Origin: Tetramitus jugosus
Taxonomy: Eukaryota > Protista > Heterolobosea
Reading direction: 5' to 3'
Assembly (NCBI GenBank): GCA_937625935.1
Contig: OW569351.1
Location: forward strand, 62,001-126,000
Length of the DNA stretch: 64,000 nucleotides
The position numbers and the translations under genes are program-made. This document shows positions 9,742 through 18,733 of the stretch, piece after piece (positions within the stretch are counted from its first letter, which is position 1; every line of letters begins with the position of its first letter). Below the pieces are notes generated by a model. That model saw nothing but the letters and a program-made list of their open reading frames with translations, made no database searches and was not told the DNA's origin.

Positions 9742-12621
9742 CTAAGCCAGATAGTTGATAATGGTTGAGTCCTTTTCGTCTCTTGCAATAAATTCTCGTT
9801 CAATCAAGGTTTCAATCCTTTGTTTGATCATTCGTACTTCGGGTTTGAAGTAGACCAACAATTGCTTTGCACACTCGTCCACCAAAGCTTTATAGCTCAT
9901 TGCTTTTCTTGCTTTAATAACTCTAATCAATGCCGCTTCGATTGAATATTTTCTCTCTTGGTCAACTGTTTCTTTCACTTCCTTCTTCTCCTGAGCACTT
10001 TGACTCGTGACATCTGTTGAATCGGCAATCTTAATTTTTGTTAGGTTGGATTTGAAATCTTCGTTCACCACGAATTCACTGTCAACATTGGTGGCACCAC
10101 CGTTGTTGGATGCTCTCAGCTTGACGAGCTTGCATTTGGTTGATGCTAGCTTTTTGAAAATGTCAGCAATGTGTTTGTGAGAGGAGATATTCAAGTTTGT
10201 TGCAACTTGTCGAATACTGAGTGATTCATCCTTTCTCAATTGGTTGAATAGCAGTAAAACACATGTGTGAAGCGTAGGTAGAGTCAATTCGTATTGGCCT
10301 GACCAGAATCGTGCTACAATTGTGGCATTTCCTGCTGAATGTACCCACGATAACTTTCTTCCCTTGGATGTATGCAAAGTGTAAAAACCATTGAACGTTT
10401 GAATACATTCATCCAACTCTCTGGGCCATAATTGATTCAAATTTGGTTGCAGAGCTGGCCAATATCCATGCGTCAGTATCAGTGGCTTGAATACAATACC
10501 ATTGATAGAGTTATTTGGTTTCTCTGGAGACTTCTGTTCATCATGGTGCTTGCCTTGGTGTGAGGTGAACGCTTGGACAATATTCTGATTATTTGATACA
10601 TCTCTGACCATTCCTTCCATTCTAAAGGTAAAATGAAGTCCAAAATTGGTTTTCAGTTTAGCTAACATGACTCGTTCATCATACATCGAGGTATCATCAC
10701 AACGGCTAATCAATCGATGGGCCAATTGCCTATGGTACAGCGTTTGGAGAATGTCTTTGTCTTGAACGAGTTTGAAAACAGATATGATCTTGTCAAGTTT
10801 TCTCGCATCAAGCGAACCAGATTTCAATAGTTGATCACTAAAAGACAATGCTCGTAACATAACAGAGGGCCTACTTTGATTCTCTTCCGCGTCAGAGGAC
10901 ATCATGTTTGATATTGTAGTTTTCAATAGGCCATGCAGTTCCTTTTGTCCAAAAAAGTTCTTGTCGATCATGCTTCGCATCATCTGAGCATAGTGCAAAA
11001 TATCATCGATCGTTTGTTCTTCAGCACTATTCTGAGCAATCGAAAGAGAATCGCTACTAGGTGCATTTAGCGTAAAGTTCTGGAAGATTTGATCTCCTTC
11101 AGTCGTTAGATAAATTTGCAGATATTGCTGGAATAGTTGATTCGCTGTGCTATCATGCCTAAATAGATTATAGATATCAATCTTTTCCAAGTCTGAATAG
11201 TTTTGGAAGTCGCCAAACAGTCCCGATAATATTTGTTTCATGTCAATCTCGTTCAATGGTTTAGCAATTCGAAGTAGTTTCAACAAAGCGACTGCGAAGA
11301 ATCTCTTCTTACAGCTTACTAGATACTTTGGCGAATTTCCGCCTTGATCATTTCTTACAGTCTTAATTTTGTCCTTAAATGATGCATATGAAATGGTAAA
11401 GTCAGTTGTGTTGTCATAATCTATCCCAATGTCTACTTCAGCGATCGGAAAGCTATACACAACCTTCGAAAAGAAAAATAAACGAGGGATTTCAAACCTG
11501 ACAGAACCATCAGCAATCACCATTTTCCCTTCTTTCACATCTCTTCGGTCATTTAAATTGGTACTTGTTACTTTGAAGCTCTTCTTCTCTTGCTTTGTTA
11601 GAACGCGCTTCAATTTTTCATAATATCGCACGTCCAGCACGACAATTTCCATCCAACCATTCGCATCCAAATATCGATTCACTAATTTTTCAGTATCAAA
11701 GAATATTTGCATGAGATAGGTTCCTGATTGATTAGGTACAATTGTCAATTGAATCTTTCCGTCTTGAATATCGTGAACCGTTGTGAAGTTGGGGTTATTA
11801 AGACTCATTTTCATATCGAAAAGCACCGATATTTGATTGAGATTAGATCGAGTGGCGTTCACTACATTTCCATACTGATCATGCAACTCTACCTGTAGTA
11901 AAATTGGACGAGAGGCACAGAGTACTGTATCCCTCACACTATTCAATTCTCCTGTTAGTTCACACTTGGAGGCATCAATTGAACCAGGTGCCACATTGAT
12001 TTTGAATGGACTTCCATGAACATGTTCATTCAACACTTTGACATGCACCTTGTATTGTCCACTGATTGTTGGAATGAAACTGACTTGTCGAACATTGTTC
12101 ATAGATGGTAGAGAAGAGGATTCCTGTGGAGAAGTGGCTTGAGGGACAAGATCCATCACTCCAGTGACCAATATCTGGATTGAAGAAGGATGAATCACTT
12201 GATTTTCTTCGTTGCCAAACTCCTTACCATGATCATCAGCCAAGTAGAGTGAGAAATCAATAGAGTTACCAACCGTGTAGTTCAAAGTGGTAGATAAACC
12301 TCTGATATAGCAATACTTGGGACAAAGAACAGGTTCTTTAGGAACAATCAGCTGCTGAACAGACTGAAAAACGGTTTGAGAAACCGAGGGAGAAGGTTTG
12401 GAGTCTTCTTGTTGGTTGGCAGTTCCCCAAACAGCCCCAGAAATGGAGGACCACAAGGAGCTAAAGAAACCTTTCACACATTGAGAAATACTCTGTTGAT
12501 CTTGACCACCTTGTCGTAGTCCGCCGCGGTTATTCATTTGGCGCCTATTTTGCTTTCCGGAGCACGGGGAGAGGAGAAAAAATAAAGAGGAGATACCCAG
12601 GAGGAGTATCAGAAAGCTCAT
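9742..12621 (-). CDS. Atypical cullin: N-terminal signal/TM + filamin-type Ig repeats + PH-like region + cullin homology and neddylation (WHB) domains
   Basis: MSFLILLLGISSLFFLL; filamin motif FIPTISGQYKVHVKVLNEHVHGSPF; cullin DKDILQTLYHRQLAHRLI, RMEGMVRD, LTHGYWP, GRKLSW, IEAALIRVIKARK, IKQRIETLIEREFIARD. Confidence 0.9.
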   Translation of the reverse strand: MSFLILLLGISSLFFLLSPCSGKQNRRQMNNRGGLRQGGQDQQSISQCVKGFFSSLWSSISGAVWGTANQQEDSKPSPSVSQTVFQSVQQLIVPKEPVLCPKYCYIRGLSTTLNYTVGNSIDFSLYLADDHGKEFGNEENQVIHPSSIQILVTGVMDLVPQATSPQESSSLPSMNNVRQVSFIPTISGQYKVHVKVLNEHVHGSPFKINVAPGSIDASKCELTGELNSVRDTVLCASRPILLQVELHDQYGNVVNATRSNLNQISVLFDMKMSLNNPNFTTVHDIQDGKIQLTIVPNQSGTYLMQIFFDTEKLVNRYLDANGWMEIVVLDVRYYEKLKRVLTKQEKKSFKVTSTNLNDRRDVKEGKMVIADGSVRFEIPRLFFFSKVVYSFPIAEVDIGIDYDNTTDFTISYASFKDKIKTVRNDQGGNSPKYLVSCKKRFFAVALLKLLRIAKPLNEIDMKQILSGLFGDFQNYSDLEKIDIYNLFRHDSTANQLFQQYLQIYLTTEGDQIFQNFTLNAPSSDSLSIAQNSAEEQTIDDILHYAQMMRSMIDKNFFGQKELHGLLKTTISNMMSSDAEENQSRPSVMLRALSFSDQLLKSGSLDARKLDKIISVFKLVQDKDILQTLYHRQLAHRLISRCDDTSMYDERVMLAKLKTNFGLHFTFRMEGMVRDVSNNQNIVQAFTSHQGKHHDEQKSPEKPNNSINGIVFKPLILTHGYWPALQPNLNQLWPRELDECIQTFNGFYTLHTSKGRKLSWVHSAGNATIVARFWSGQYELTLPTLHTCVLLLFNQLRKDESLSIRQVATNLNISSHKHIADIFKKLASTKCKLVKLRASNNGGATNVDSEFVVNEDFKSNLTKIKIADSTDVTSQSAQEKKEVKETVDQERKYSIEAALIRVIKARKAMSYKALVDECAKQLLVYFKPEVRMIKQRIETLIEREFIARDEKDSTIINYLA

Positions 12622-13036
12622 TGAATTTTTAGTTGAATGATAATTGCAGCGATGATTATCATGCAATTTGTTTTGTTGGTGGTCTTTCGTTAGAAAAGAA
12701 CAGATCCGTTTGCATGTTCAAATAAAGAACATGATTTTCTGCAGGAATGAGCAAAACTCCGTCAAACTACAGTCTCGTTGTAAACAAATGATGACAGAAT
12801 AGTACAAGAGGCTTCAGATTGAAAAACCAAGGAATTCAGCCATTGGCTCAATCAGGGATAAAGCTGGAATCATCCGACAAAAAGTGTTATATTTTAAGGA
12901 ATGGAGTTGACTGATCTTGGTTGTGCAGTGGAGCACAAGGAAACCACCGGGAAACTCACTCGTTCTTTCAAATTAAACGACATATGTCCCCACAAAAACC
13001 CATTCATCACCTACCCAGTTTCGTTTTAAATTGATC

Positions 13037-13831
13037 ATGCAGAAGAGATTAAGATTTCAATCGCTAAACGAGGATCCCGAGCTCCAAAAAACCGATGCAG
13101 TCAGAGACAAGCCCACAGTTATTGAAAAGGACATCCCTCTTTCAACCAAGGAAACTTTGGAGACAGCAGCCAAAGAAAAATTGTATCAACTCAAGTCTTC
13201 GGTCGAGAGACGAGTGTTGATTACTCGAATGCTATGGAAGAGTACTCTGTTTGTAACTGCTTTGCTCTATTTTTTCAACTTTCTGTTCCTGTACTTTGGA
13301 ACCATATTTGAGACGGAACTGGCTCAACCACAAAAGTTTTTCGGTTTCAAGGAAGGTCAACACAAGCATTTACAAAGAACAAATGGTGTACTGTGGTTAC
13401 TAATGTCTGCAGTCAACGTTTTTGCTTTGGCAAAGGACGAGAACAGAGGAAGTACATCTACCTTGTTGTTCAGTGCTCTGTGTAATGCAACCGTCTCTCT
13501 GCACTATGCTCTGGAGATGCTTTACTTTGGTGGAATGAGACTTGAAGTGTTGGCTATTCAATTGTTCATTGTCAGTATCAACGGTTATTGGACCATGGTT
13601 GATTACAAGCAGAGGAGAAGAGTTCATGAATTACGAGGAGAGAATCCCGATTTGGCTCTCAAAGATTATGATGAAGGATTAAGGAGCAGAATCATTAGAA
13701 AATTGGTATTGTTCAAGTGGGGAAGAGGAGCTTCACCAGAACAAAGTCAACGATCCATTCTTGAACAAGAGACAATACCATCGATAAAAGTAGAGTCTCC
13801 CATGGTAAGTCAAGCAACAACAAATGCCTAA
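13037..13831 (+). CDS. Multi-pass membrane protein, possibly Erg28-like
   Basis: About 4 TM helices; RTNGVLWLL and HYALEMLYFG resemble the Erg28 RTFGxW and HFxxExxxFG motifs. Confidence 0.5.
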   Translation: MQKRLRFQSLNEDPELQKTDAVRDKPTVIEKDIPLSTKETLETAAKEKLYQLKSSVERRVLITRMLWKSTLFVTALLYFFNFLFLYFGTIFETELAQPQKFFGFKEGQHKHLQRTNGVLWLLMSAVNVFALAKDENRGSTSTLLFSALCNATVSLHYALEMLYFGGMRLEVLAIQLFIVSINGYWTMVDYKQRRRVHELRGENPDLALKDYDEGLRSRIIRKLVLFKWGRGASPEQSQRSILEQETIPSIKVESPMVSQATTNA

Positions 13832-13924
13832 GGCTTAACAAATAAACTATCATTAATCAAGGGCAAAACATTGTTTATTGACACAACTGCTAACAAGGGA
13901 TTCAAACGACCGTGATTTCTTCGA

Positions 13925-15289
13925 TCACCAAACAACAGTAATATCACACAGCTTTCCTCTTTGTTGAGCAGCGAGTAACTTTTCAGACATGGTAGAGTTA
14001 GTTTTCGTAACGCTGTACAAAAGGGTATGATAACCGTTGTGAGCACAAGCCACACGCAATTCACTGTGAAGAGGATCATAGGAAGCTCCAGGCAAACAAA
14101 CTTCAATCAGTTCACCATCTTGAGCTTGTAGTGAATAGGAGCTAAAGCCACACTTTCTTTCACCACATGCATAGATGCCTCCCTCCTTCGTTGTAAACAC
14201 AGTATAGTTTGCTCCACAACTGAAATCGAGCACCGTACCTATTGGCAGAGGAATATCACATACAATTAATTGCTTGTCAATGGTAGGAAACCCCAAACCT
14301 CCATGGTAGTTCTCTCCACAACCATAAAACTTGTTTGATTCTGTTCGAAAGACTGTAAAGTGTTTACCGCATCTTGCATCGACGAGTTTCTCGAACAGAG
14401 GGATACCATACACCAGAGCAGGACTAACAACGGATTCATTGGGTGAAATAGAGTCAAAACCACATTGACCATAATTGTCAAAACCCCAAGAGTACGCTGA
14501 TCCATCCTCTGCTATCACAACAGAATGGAATTCACCACACACGACCGTCTTGATCGCTACCACTCCCCAGAGATCAGAATGATCCACCTTGTTAGGAGTT
14601 AGACTATGTTGTTGAGGGTGTCCCTGTCCCAGGGATCCAAAACCACAATACCCTGAAGTATACACACAGTTATCAACAGTGACAAACACTGTATGATAAG
14701 CGCCAGGAGCAACCAGCTTTAACTTTTTGCCTTCAATGTTCTCCATTTTTGCAACACCATAAATGTTCTTTGGTGGAGCTACACCGCACTCACCATTGAG
14801 GTTGTATCCTGCTACATACAAGCACTCATACCCTTCACTGATGAAAAGTGAGTGAAGATTTCCACACTTGGTCTCCACAATATTACAATCGGTCAACTCT
14901 GGTATCAACGTTACTTGATTTACAGTCAAAATTGAATCAGCCATTGCGCAGCCACCACTAGAATTACGACCACAACTAAACACACGTCGATGGTTGGTCA
15001 CAAACAGTGAATGATGCTCACCGCAAGACACATTGACAATGTATTCACTGGGAGCCAATATTTCCTGGTCAGATGCAAACTCTTCCCCAATAGAACCGTA
15101 CTGTACCACTTGAGCAAACGTCTGAACAAGTTCCGATCTTATCCCGTTGTCCGTGTCATGCACCAGATACTGATCCATGTTGCCTATATGTGCATAGTAT
15201 GAGCGATTGAATCCGGTTTGGTGATGGTTGGAGTACCCAGCACCGTACACATTCAATTTCCTTTGAATCTTGTGCTCTGCTTGTGGCAT
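13925..15289 (-). CDS. RCC1-repeat beta-propeller protein
   Basis: Repeated (V/C)xCGxxH(S/T)xF...G.N..G.(C/L)G units; ATG 15289. Confidence 0.9.
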   Translation of the reverse strand: MPQAEHKIQRKLNVYGAGYSNHHQTGFNRSYYAHIGNMDQYLVHDTDNGIRSELVQTFAQVVQYGSIGEEFASDQEILAPSEYIVNVSCGEHHSLFVTNHRRVFSCGRNSSGGCAMADSILTVNQVTLIPELTDCNIVETKCGNLHSLFISEGYECLYVAGYNLNGECGVAPPKNIYGVAKMENIEGKKLKLVAPGAYHTVFVTVDNCVYTSGYCGFGSLGQGHPQQHSLTPNKVDHSDLWGVVAIKTVVCGEFHSVVIAEDGSAYSWGFDNYGQCGFDSISPNESVVSPALVYGIPLFEKLVDARCGKHFTVFRTESNKFYGCGENYHGGLGFPTIDKQLIVCDIPLPIGTVLDFSCGANYTVFTTKEGGIYACGERKCGFSSYSLQAQDGELIEVCLPGASYDPLHSELRVACAHNGYHTLLYSVTKTNSTMSEKLLAAQQRGKLCDITVVW

Positions 15290-15642
15290 GATGCTCGTTT
15301 TGTTCGTGTTGTCAAAGAACTGTGAAAAACGAAAAAAATTCACTGCAGCTACCTCTTTTCCTTGTTCACAGAAGTTTATGCTTTCTTTTCCACCCGTCAT
15401 ACCATTGCAGGAGGAACTCTTTGCTTACCCATCCAGGTATCTGAGTCAAATGATAGACTTCATTCGATACACTCCTGTGAGACATGTCGTCTCGGAACCG
15501 CAATTCAATTCGCTATTGTCCACGCCTCTTCGCTAATGAGTCTTTATAGACTTTACAAATTCACTCAATGCAGGAGTACCCATACATTACTATTTCTCGC
15601 GGCAGTATCTCCCTGTGATTCTTTTTATCCATAAATTCTGCC

Positions 15643-15875
15643 GGGACCTTTAGCCCCTTTTTTTTTTTTTTTTTTTAATACAACAAATGGTGCGTGAGCA
15701 CCACGTTGCGGAACTTTTATTTTTCTTTTGTTTGAGAGCAGGCTTGCCTACTCTCAATTGTCTAACATGGTGTGGTGCTTGCCCAGTGGAGTGGCAGGCC
15801 TACGCAACAGGATTCATTCTCTTCTTGGAATGTTGTTTTGATCCCTTCTTCAGGGATTCGGGGACCTTTAGCCCC
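15643..15875 (-). mobile_element. Short poly(A)-tailed retroposon (SINE-like or 5'-truncated LINE), body 15658-15860, with 15-bp target-site duplication
   Basis: GGGACCTTTAGCCCC at 15643-15657 and 15861-15875; T19 at 15658-15676 (A19 tail on minus strand) abuts one copy; AATAAA on minus at 15716-15721; several hairpins. Confidence 0.75.
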
Positions 15876-15905
15876 CAATATATGGTGAAATGGATGAAAG
15901 TATCA

Positions 15906-15979
15906 GCGGTTGTAGATCAGTTGGTTAGATCGTGAGCTTAACACGCTCAAGGTCGCCGGTTCGATCCCGGTCAATCGTA
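15906..15979 (+). tRNA. tRNA-Val (anticodon AAC)
   Basis: Cloverleaf: acceptor GCGGTTG/CAATCGT, D arm GATC/GATC, anticodon stem TGAGC/GCTCA with loop TTAACAC, T arm GCCGG-TTCGATC-CCGGT, discriminator A, followed by T4/T5 Pol III terminators. Confidence 0.96.
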
Positions 15980-16123
15980 CACTTTTCGTATTTTTATCCG
16001 CCACTTTACAAAGAGCATTGTATGTTGACAGATGCTGTATTCGCATCTTTTGTTGGAACCAAACGAAATCACAAACAATCACTCTTTCTTCTCAATCACT
16101 CACTCCTCTCTGTCCAGTACATC

Positions 16124-18703
16124 ATGAACTTTACAAAGGAGGATTACAAAAGCTTACGCGTCCATTTCTCTGTGAAGATGGACGCTTCGAAACTCGATCT
16201 TCCTATCGAGTCAAGTTGTACCGATGAATCTAATGATACCACTTTAACGAAACAACCACCTCTTCTCTGCAATGAAGACGTAGTCGTCGCTGTTGTTGGT
16301 AATTGTGAAGAACTGGGACGATGGAATCCGAGCAAGTCACTTCACTTGACATGCATGAATGTGACACAGCCAAACATGTGGCAAGGTTACACTGTCATTC
16401 GAACACAGACATCGACGCCGACTCCCACTCCTAAAACGCCACAGACACCAGAGTCACCCATCTCTGCTTCGGCTGCCTTCCAACAAATTCATTCTGCGAT
16501 GACCAAGGGAAGTTATTGTGCAGTGTCGTCTCCGAGTAGTAGTGTGAATAGCATGGAGTTGTCTGTCAATGGTTCATTGCCTCCACAAACGATTGAATAC
16601 AAGTATATTGTGTTGAGAAGAGTTGTGGAGCAAGAACAAGAAGAATGTGAAGCAGCAGACAATCAAGCGACTCCCGAACAAACCATTCAGATTGAGGTTG
16701 ACCGAGTCAATGAAAACGGAAGCAAAACACCAACCATCGAAAAACCATTGAATGGTCATCTCAAAACTACTCCACACATGTTACTAACGAGCAAGGGCAG
16801 TGTTCCTCAGTGGGAGTTGTTGAGATGGGAAACGATTGTGGGCAATCGAAAGATTCAAGCACCTGCAGACGCACTTTCGATTGAAGTGTTTGACGGAGAG
16901 TTTGGAGAAATCGATGTTACGAAACCTCATTCAAAGCAGTTTGTCGACGAAGGATGGCTAGTCGATCCGAACAAGATTGAATTGAGAATCAATCTGGGAA
17001 CATATCAAAAGTATGGGTCAACACCGTTGAAACTGTATCATCCACAGTACAAGGATGCTTCGTTCAACATTCAGATGTTATTGGTCAATTATCCATGCAA
17101 GAAGGGTCAATCAAGGAGGCCCTTCAGAGCTCAGTTGAGTCGATGGGTGTATGAAAATGAACAAGACACTGTAGGAAAGCCAGTGTCCCTACATGATGAG
17201 CAGATTGATGCTTGGAAGGATGGTGATATTCAAATTTTCAGTACGTACACATCGAATCTGGCAAATAAGGCAGTGGAGGTGAACATTCTTACAACGGGTC
17301 CGTCCAGTGAACTCATTGGAAAAGCCATAATCATTCCACAGATGGTTCTACCTCCCATGTTCAACAAGGAGCACTCCAACCTGAACAATAACAGAAATGG
17401 TGGTCATTTGAACTTGCCAATCATTGGTGTGTTGAACAACTCCCATGCACATGATCATGACGGATTGGCTACCAATTTGACAGTGATTGGCGAATTGAAT
17501 TGCAATTATTTGATCGCAAGGCCGTTTGAGCATCCAGAGAACAATCTATCGACGCTATGGAGAACACATTGGTTAACAAATGGCAAGACGTTGAATATTG
17601 GGCACAGAGGAATGGGAAGATCATATCGCCAAGTCGCTCCTTATCCCAAGGCCACACTCACAGAGAACACAATCCTATCCCTCGTTGGTGCCGCGCAGAA
17701 CGGAGCCGATTTTGTTGAATTCGATGTTCACTTAACAAAAGACTATGTACCTGTGGTGTACCATGACCTGACGTTCAGTGTAGATTTAAAGAGAGCGTGG
17801 TCCCAGGACAAGCACAAGGGTCACAACAGCTACAAGGAAAACATGGAAGTGTCAGTGCATGATCTAACATTGGAACAGCTGAGGAGAGTCAAGACGAATC
17901 CCATACCAAAGCACAAGCACATTTTCGAAACATTGACAAGTCAACTGGTTGACTATTGGAGTGATGTACTGGAGAATCAGCAGCAGAAACAGCAATCCAC
18001 ATCGGCAACAGGTTCTCCACACAGAGTAAACTCTCCATGCAAGGACAAGACCAAGAGTAGCCCTACATCCACAAATTACATGCAGCAAGAGATTGCTCGA
18101 TTCAAGTCATTGATCGAACAGGTACCAACTCTGGAAGAAGCGCTTAAAGCAGTTCCTCAACAGGTGGGATTCAATATCGAAATCAAGTACCCAGAAACTA
18201 CGACCCAGAAGATTACATTCTTCGATATGAACTTTTTTGTCGACACAATCTTGAAAGCTCTATTCGATCATGCTGGTAGTAGAAGAATCATTCTATCTTG
18301 TTTTGACCCTGATATTTGTACGTTGTGTCGATTGAAGCAACCCAGATATCCCGTCTTCTTTCTAACAAGCGGAGGTCATATCGATATCTTGGAAGATGTT
18401 CGATGTAATTCAATCGAACAGGCACTCATGTTTGCCAAGACGGAAAGATTGCTCGGTATTATTCCTTGCTCGACTCCCCTGCTCCAAAATCTAAAGTTGA
18501 TCGATCGAATTAAGAAGGAGGGTATCGTTCTGTTCACATGGGGAGACGACAACAATGATGAGAAGAACATTGAACTACAGAGAGAACGTGGTGTCGATGC
18601 TGTCATCTATGATAATATTGGTGGAGTAAGTGGAGTGAAAATGGCAGAGCCGTCTGCAATGCCTCAACCAGAGCCCACCTCTACCCAAGAACAAGTAAAA
18701 TAA
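16124..18703 (+). CDS. GPCPD1: Glycerophosphocholine phosphodiesterase with CBM20 starch-binding domain (GDE5/GPCPD1-like)
   Basis: CBM20 VVGNCEELGRWNP, IEYKY, RWE; GDPD IGHRG, ENT, VEFDV, NIEIKYP, TWGDDNN. Confidence 0.9.
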   Translation: MNFTKEDYKSLRVHFSVKMDASKLDLPIESSCTDESNDTTLTKQPPLLCNEDVVVAVVGNCEELGRWNPSKSLHLTCMNVTQPNMWQGYTVIRTQTSTPTPTPKTPQTPESPISASAAFQQIHSAMTKGSYCAVSSPSSSVNSMELSVNGSLPPQTIEYKYIVLRRVVEQEQEECEAADNQATPEQTIQIEVDRVNENGSKTPTIEKPLNGHLKTTPHMLLTSKGSVPQWELLRWETIVGNRKIQAPADALSIEVFDGEFGEIDVTKPHSKQFVDEGWLVDPNKIELRINLGTYQKYGSTPLKLYHPQYKDASFNIQMLLVNYPCKKGQSRRPFRAQLSRWVYENEQDTVGKPVSLHDEQIDAWKDGDIQIFSTYTSNLANKAVEVNILTTGPSSELIGKAIIIPQMVLPPMFNKEHSNLNNNRNGGHLNLPIIGVLNNSHAHDHDGLATNLTVIGELNCNYLIARPFEHPENNLSTLWRTHWLTNGKTLNIGHRGMGRSYRQVAPYPKATLTENTILSLVGAAQNGADFVEFDVHLTKDYVPVVYHDLTFSVDLKRAWSQDKHKGHNSYKENMEVSVHDLTLEQLRRVKTNPIPKHKHIFETLTSQLVDYWSDVLENQQQKQQSTSATGSPHRVNSPCKDKTKSSPTSTNYMQQEIARFKSLIEQVPTLEEALKAVPQQVGFNIEIKYPETTTQKITFFDMNFFVDTILKALFDHAGSRRIILSCFDPDICTLCRLKQPRYPVFFLTSGGHIDILEDVRCNSIEQALMFAKTERLLGIIPCSTPLLQNLKLIDRIKKEGIVLFTWGDDNNDEKNIELQRERGVDAVIYDNIGGVSGVKMAEPSAMPQPEPTSTQEQVK

Positions 18704-18733
18704 ACAAATATACCTCCTCTTGGCAAACAGCTT

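Noticed and set aside
15392-15445. Short resemblances to 5S rRNA (CATACCA; TACCTGGATGGGT on minus)
   Set aside because: Matches lie on opposite strands and no 5S secondary structure or length fits
15585-15800. HDV-like ribozyme suggested by TTCTCGCGGC and GCCACTCCACTGGGC
   Set aside because: Could not build the P1/P2/P3 nested pseudoknot
15932-16123. N-terminal extension of the GDE5 ORF in the ORF track
   Set aside because: Starts at GTG inside the tRNA-Val gene; ATG 16124 is the plausible start
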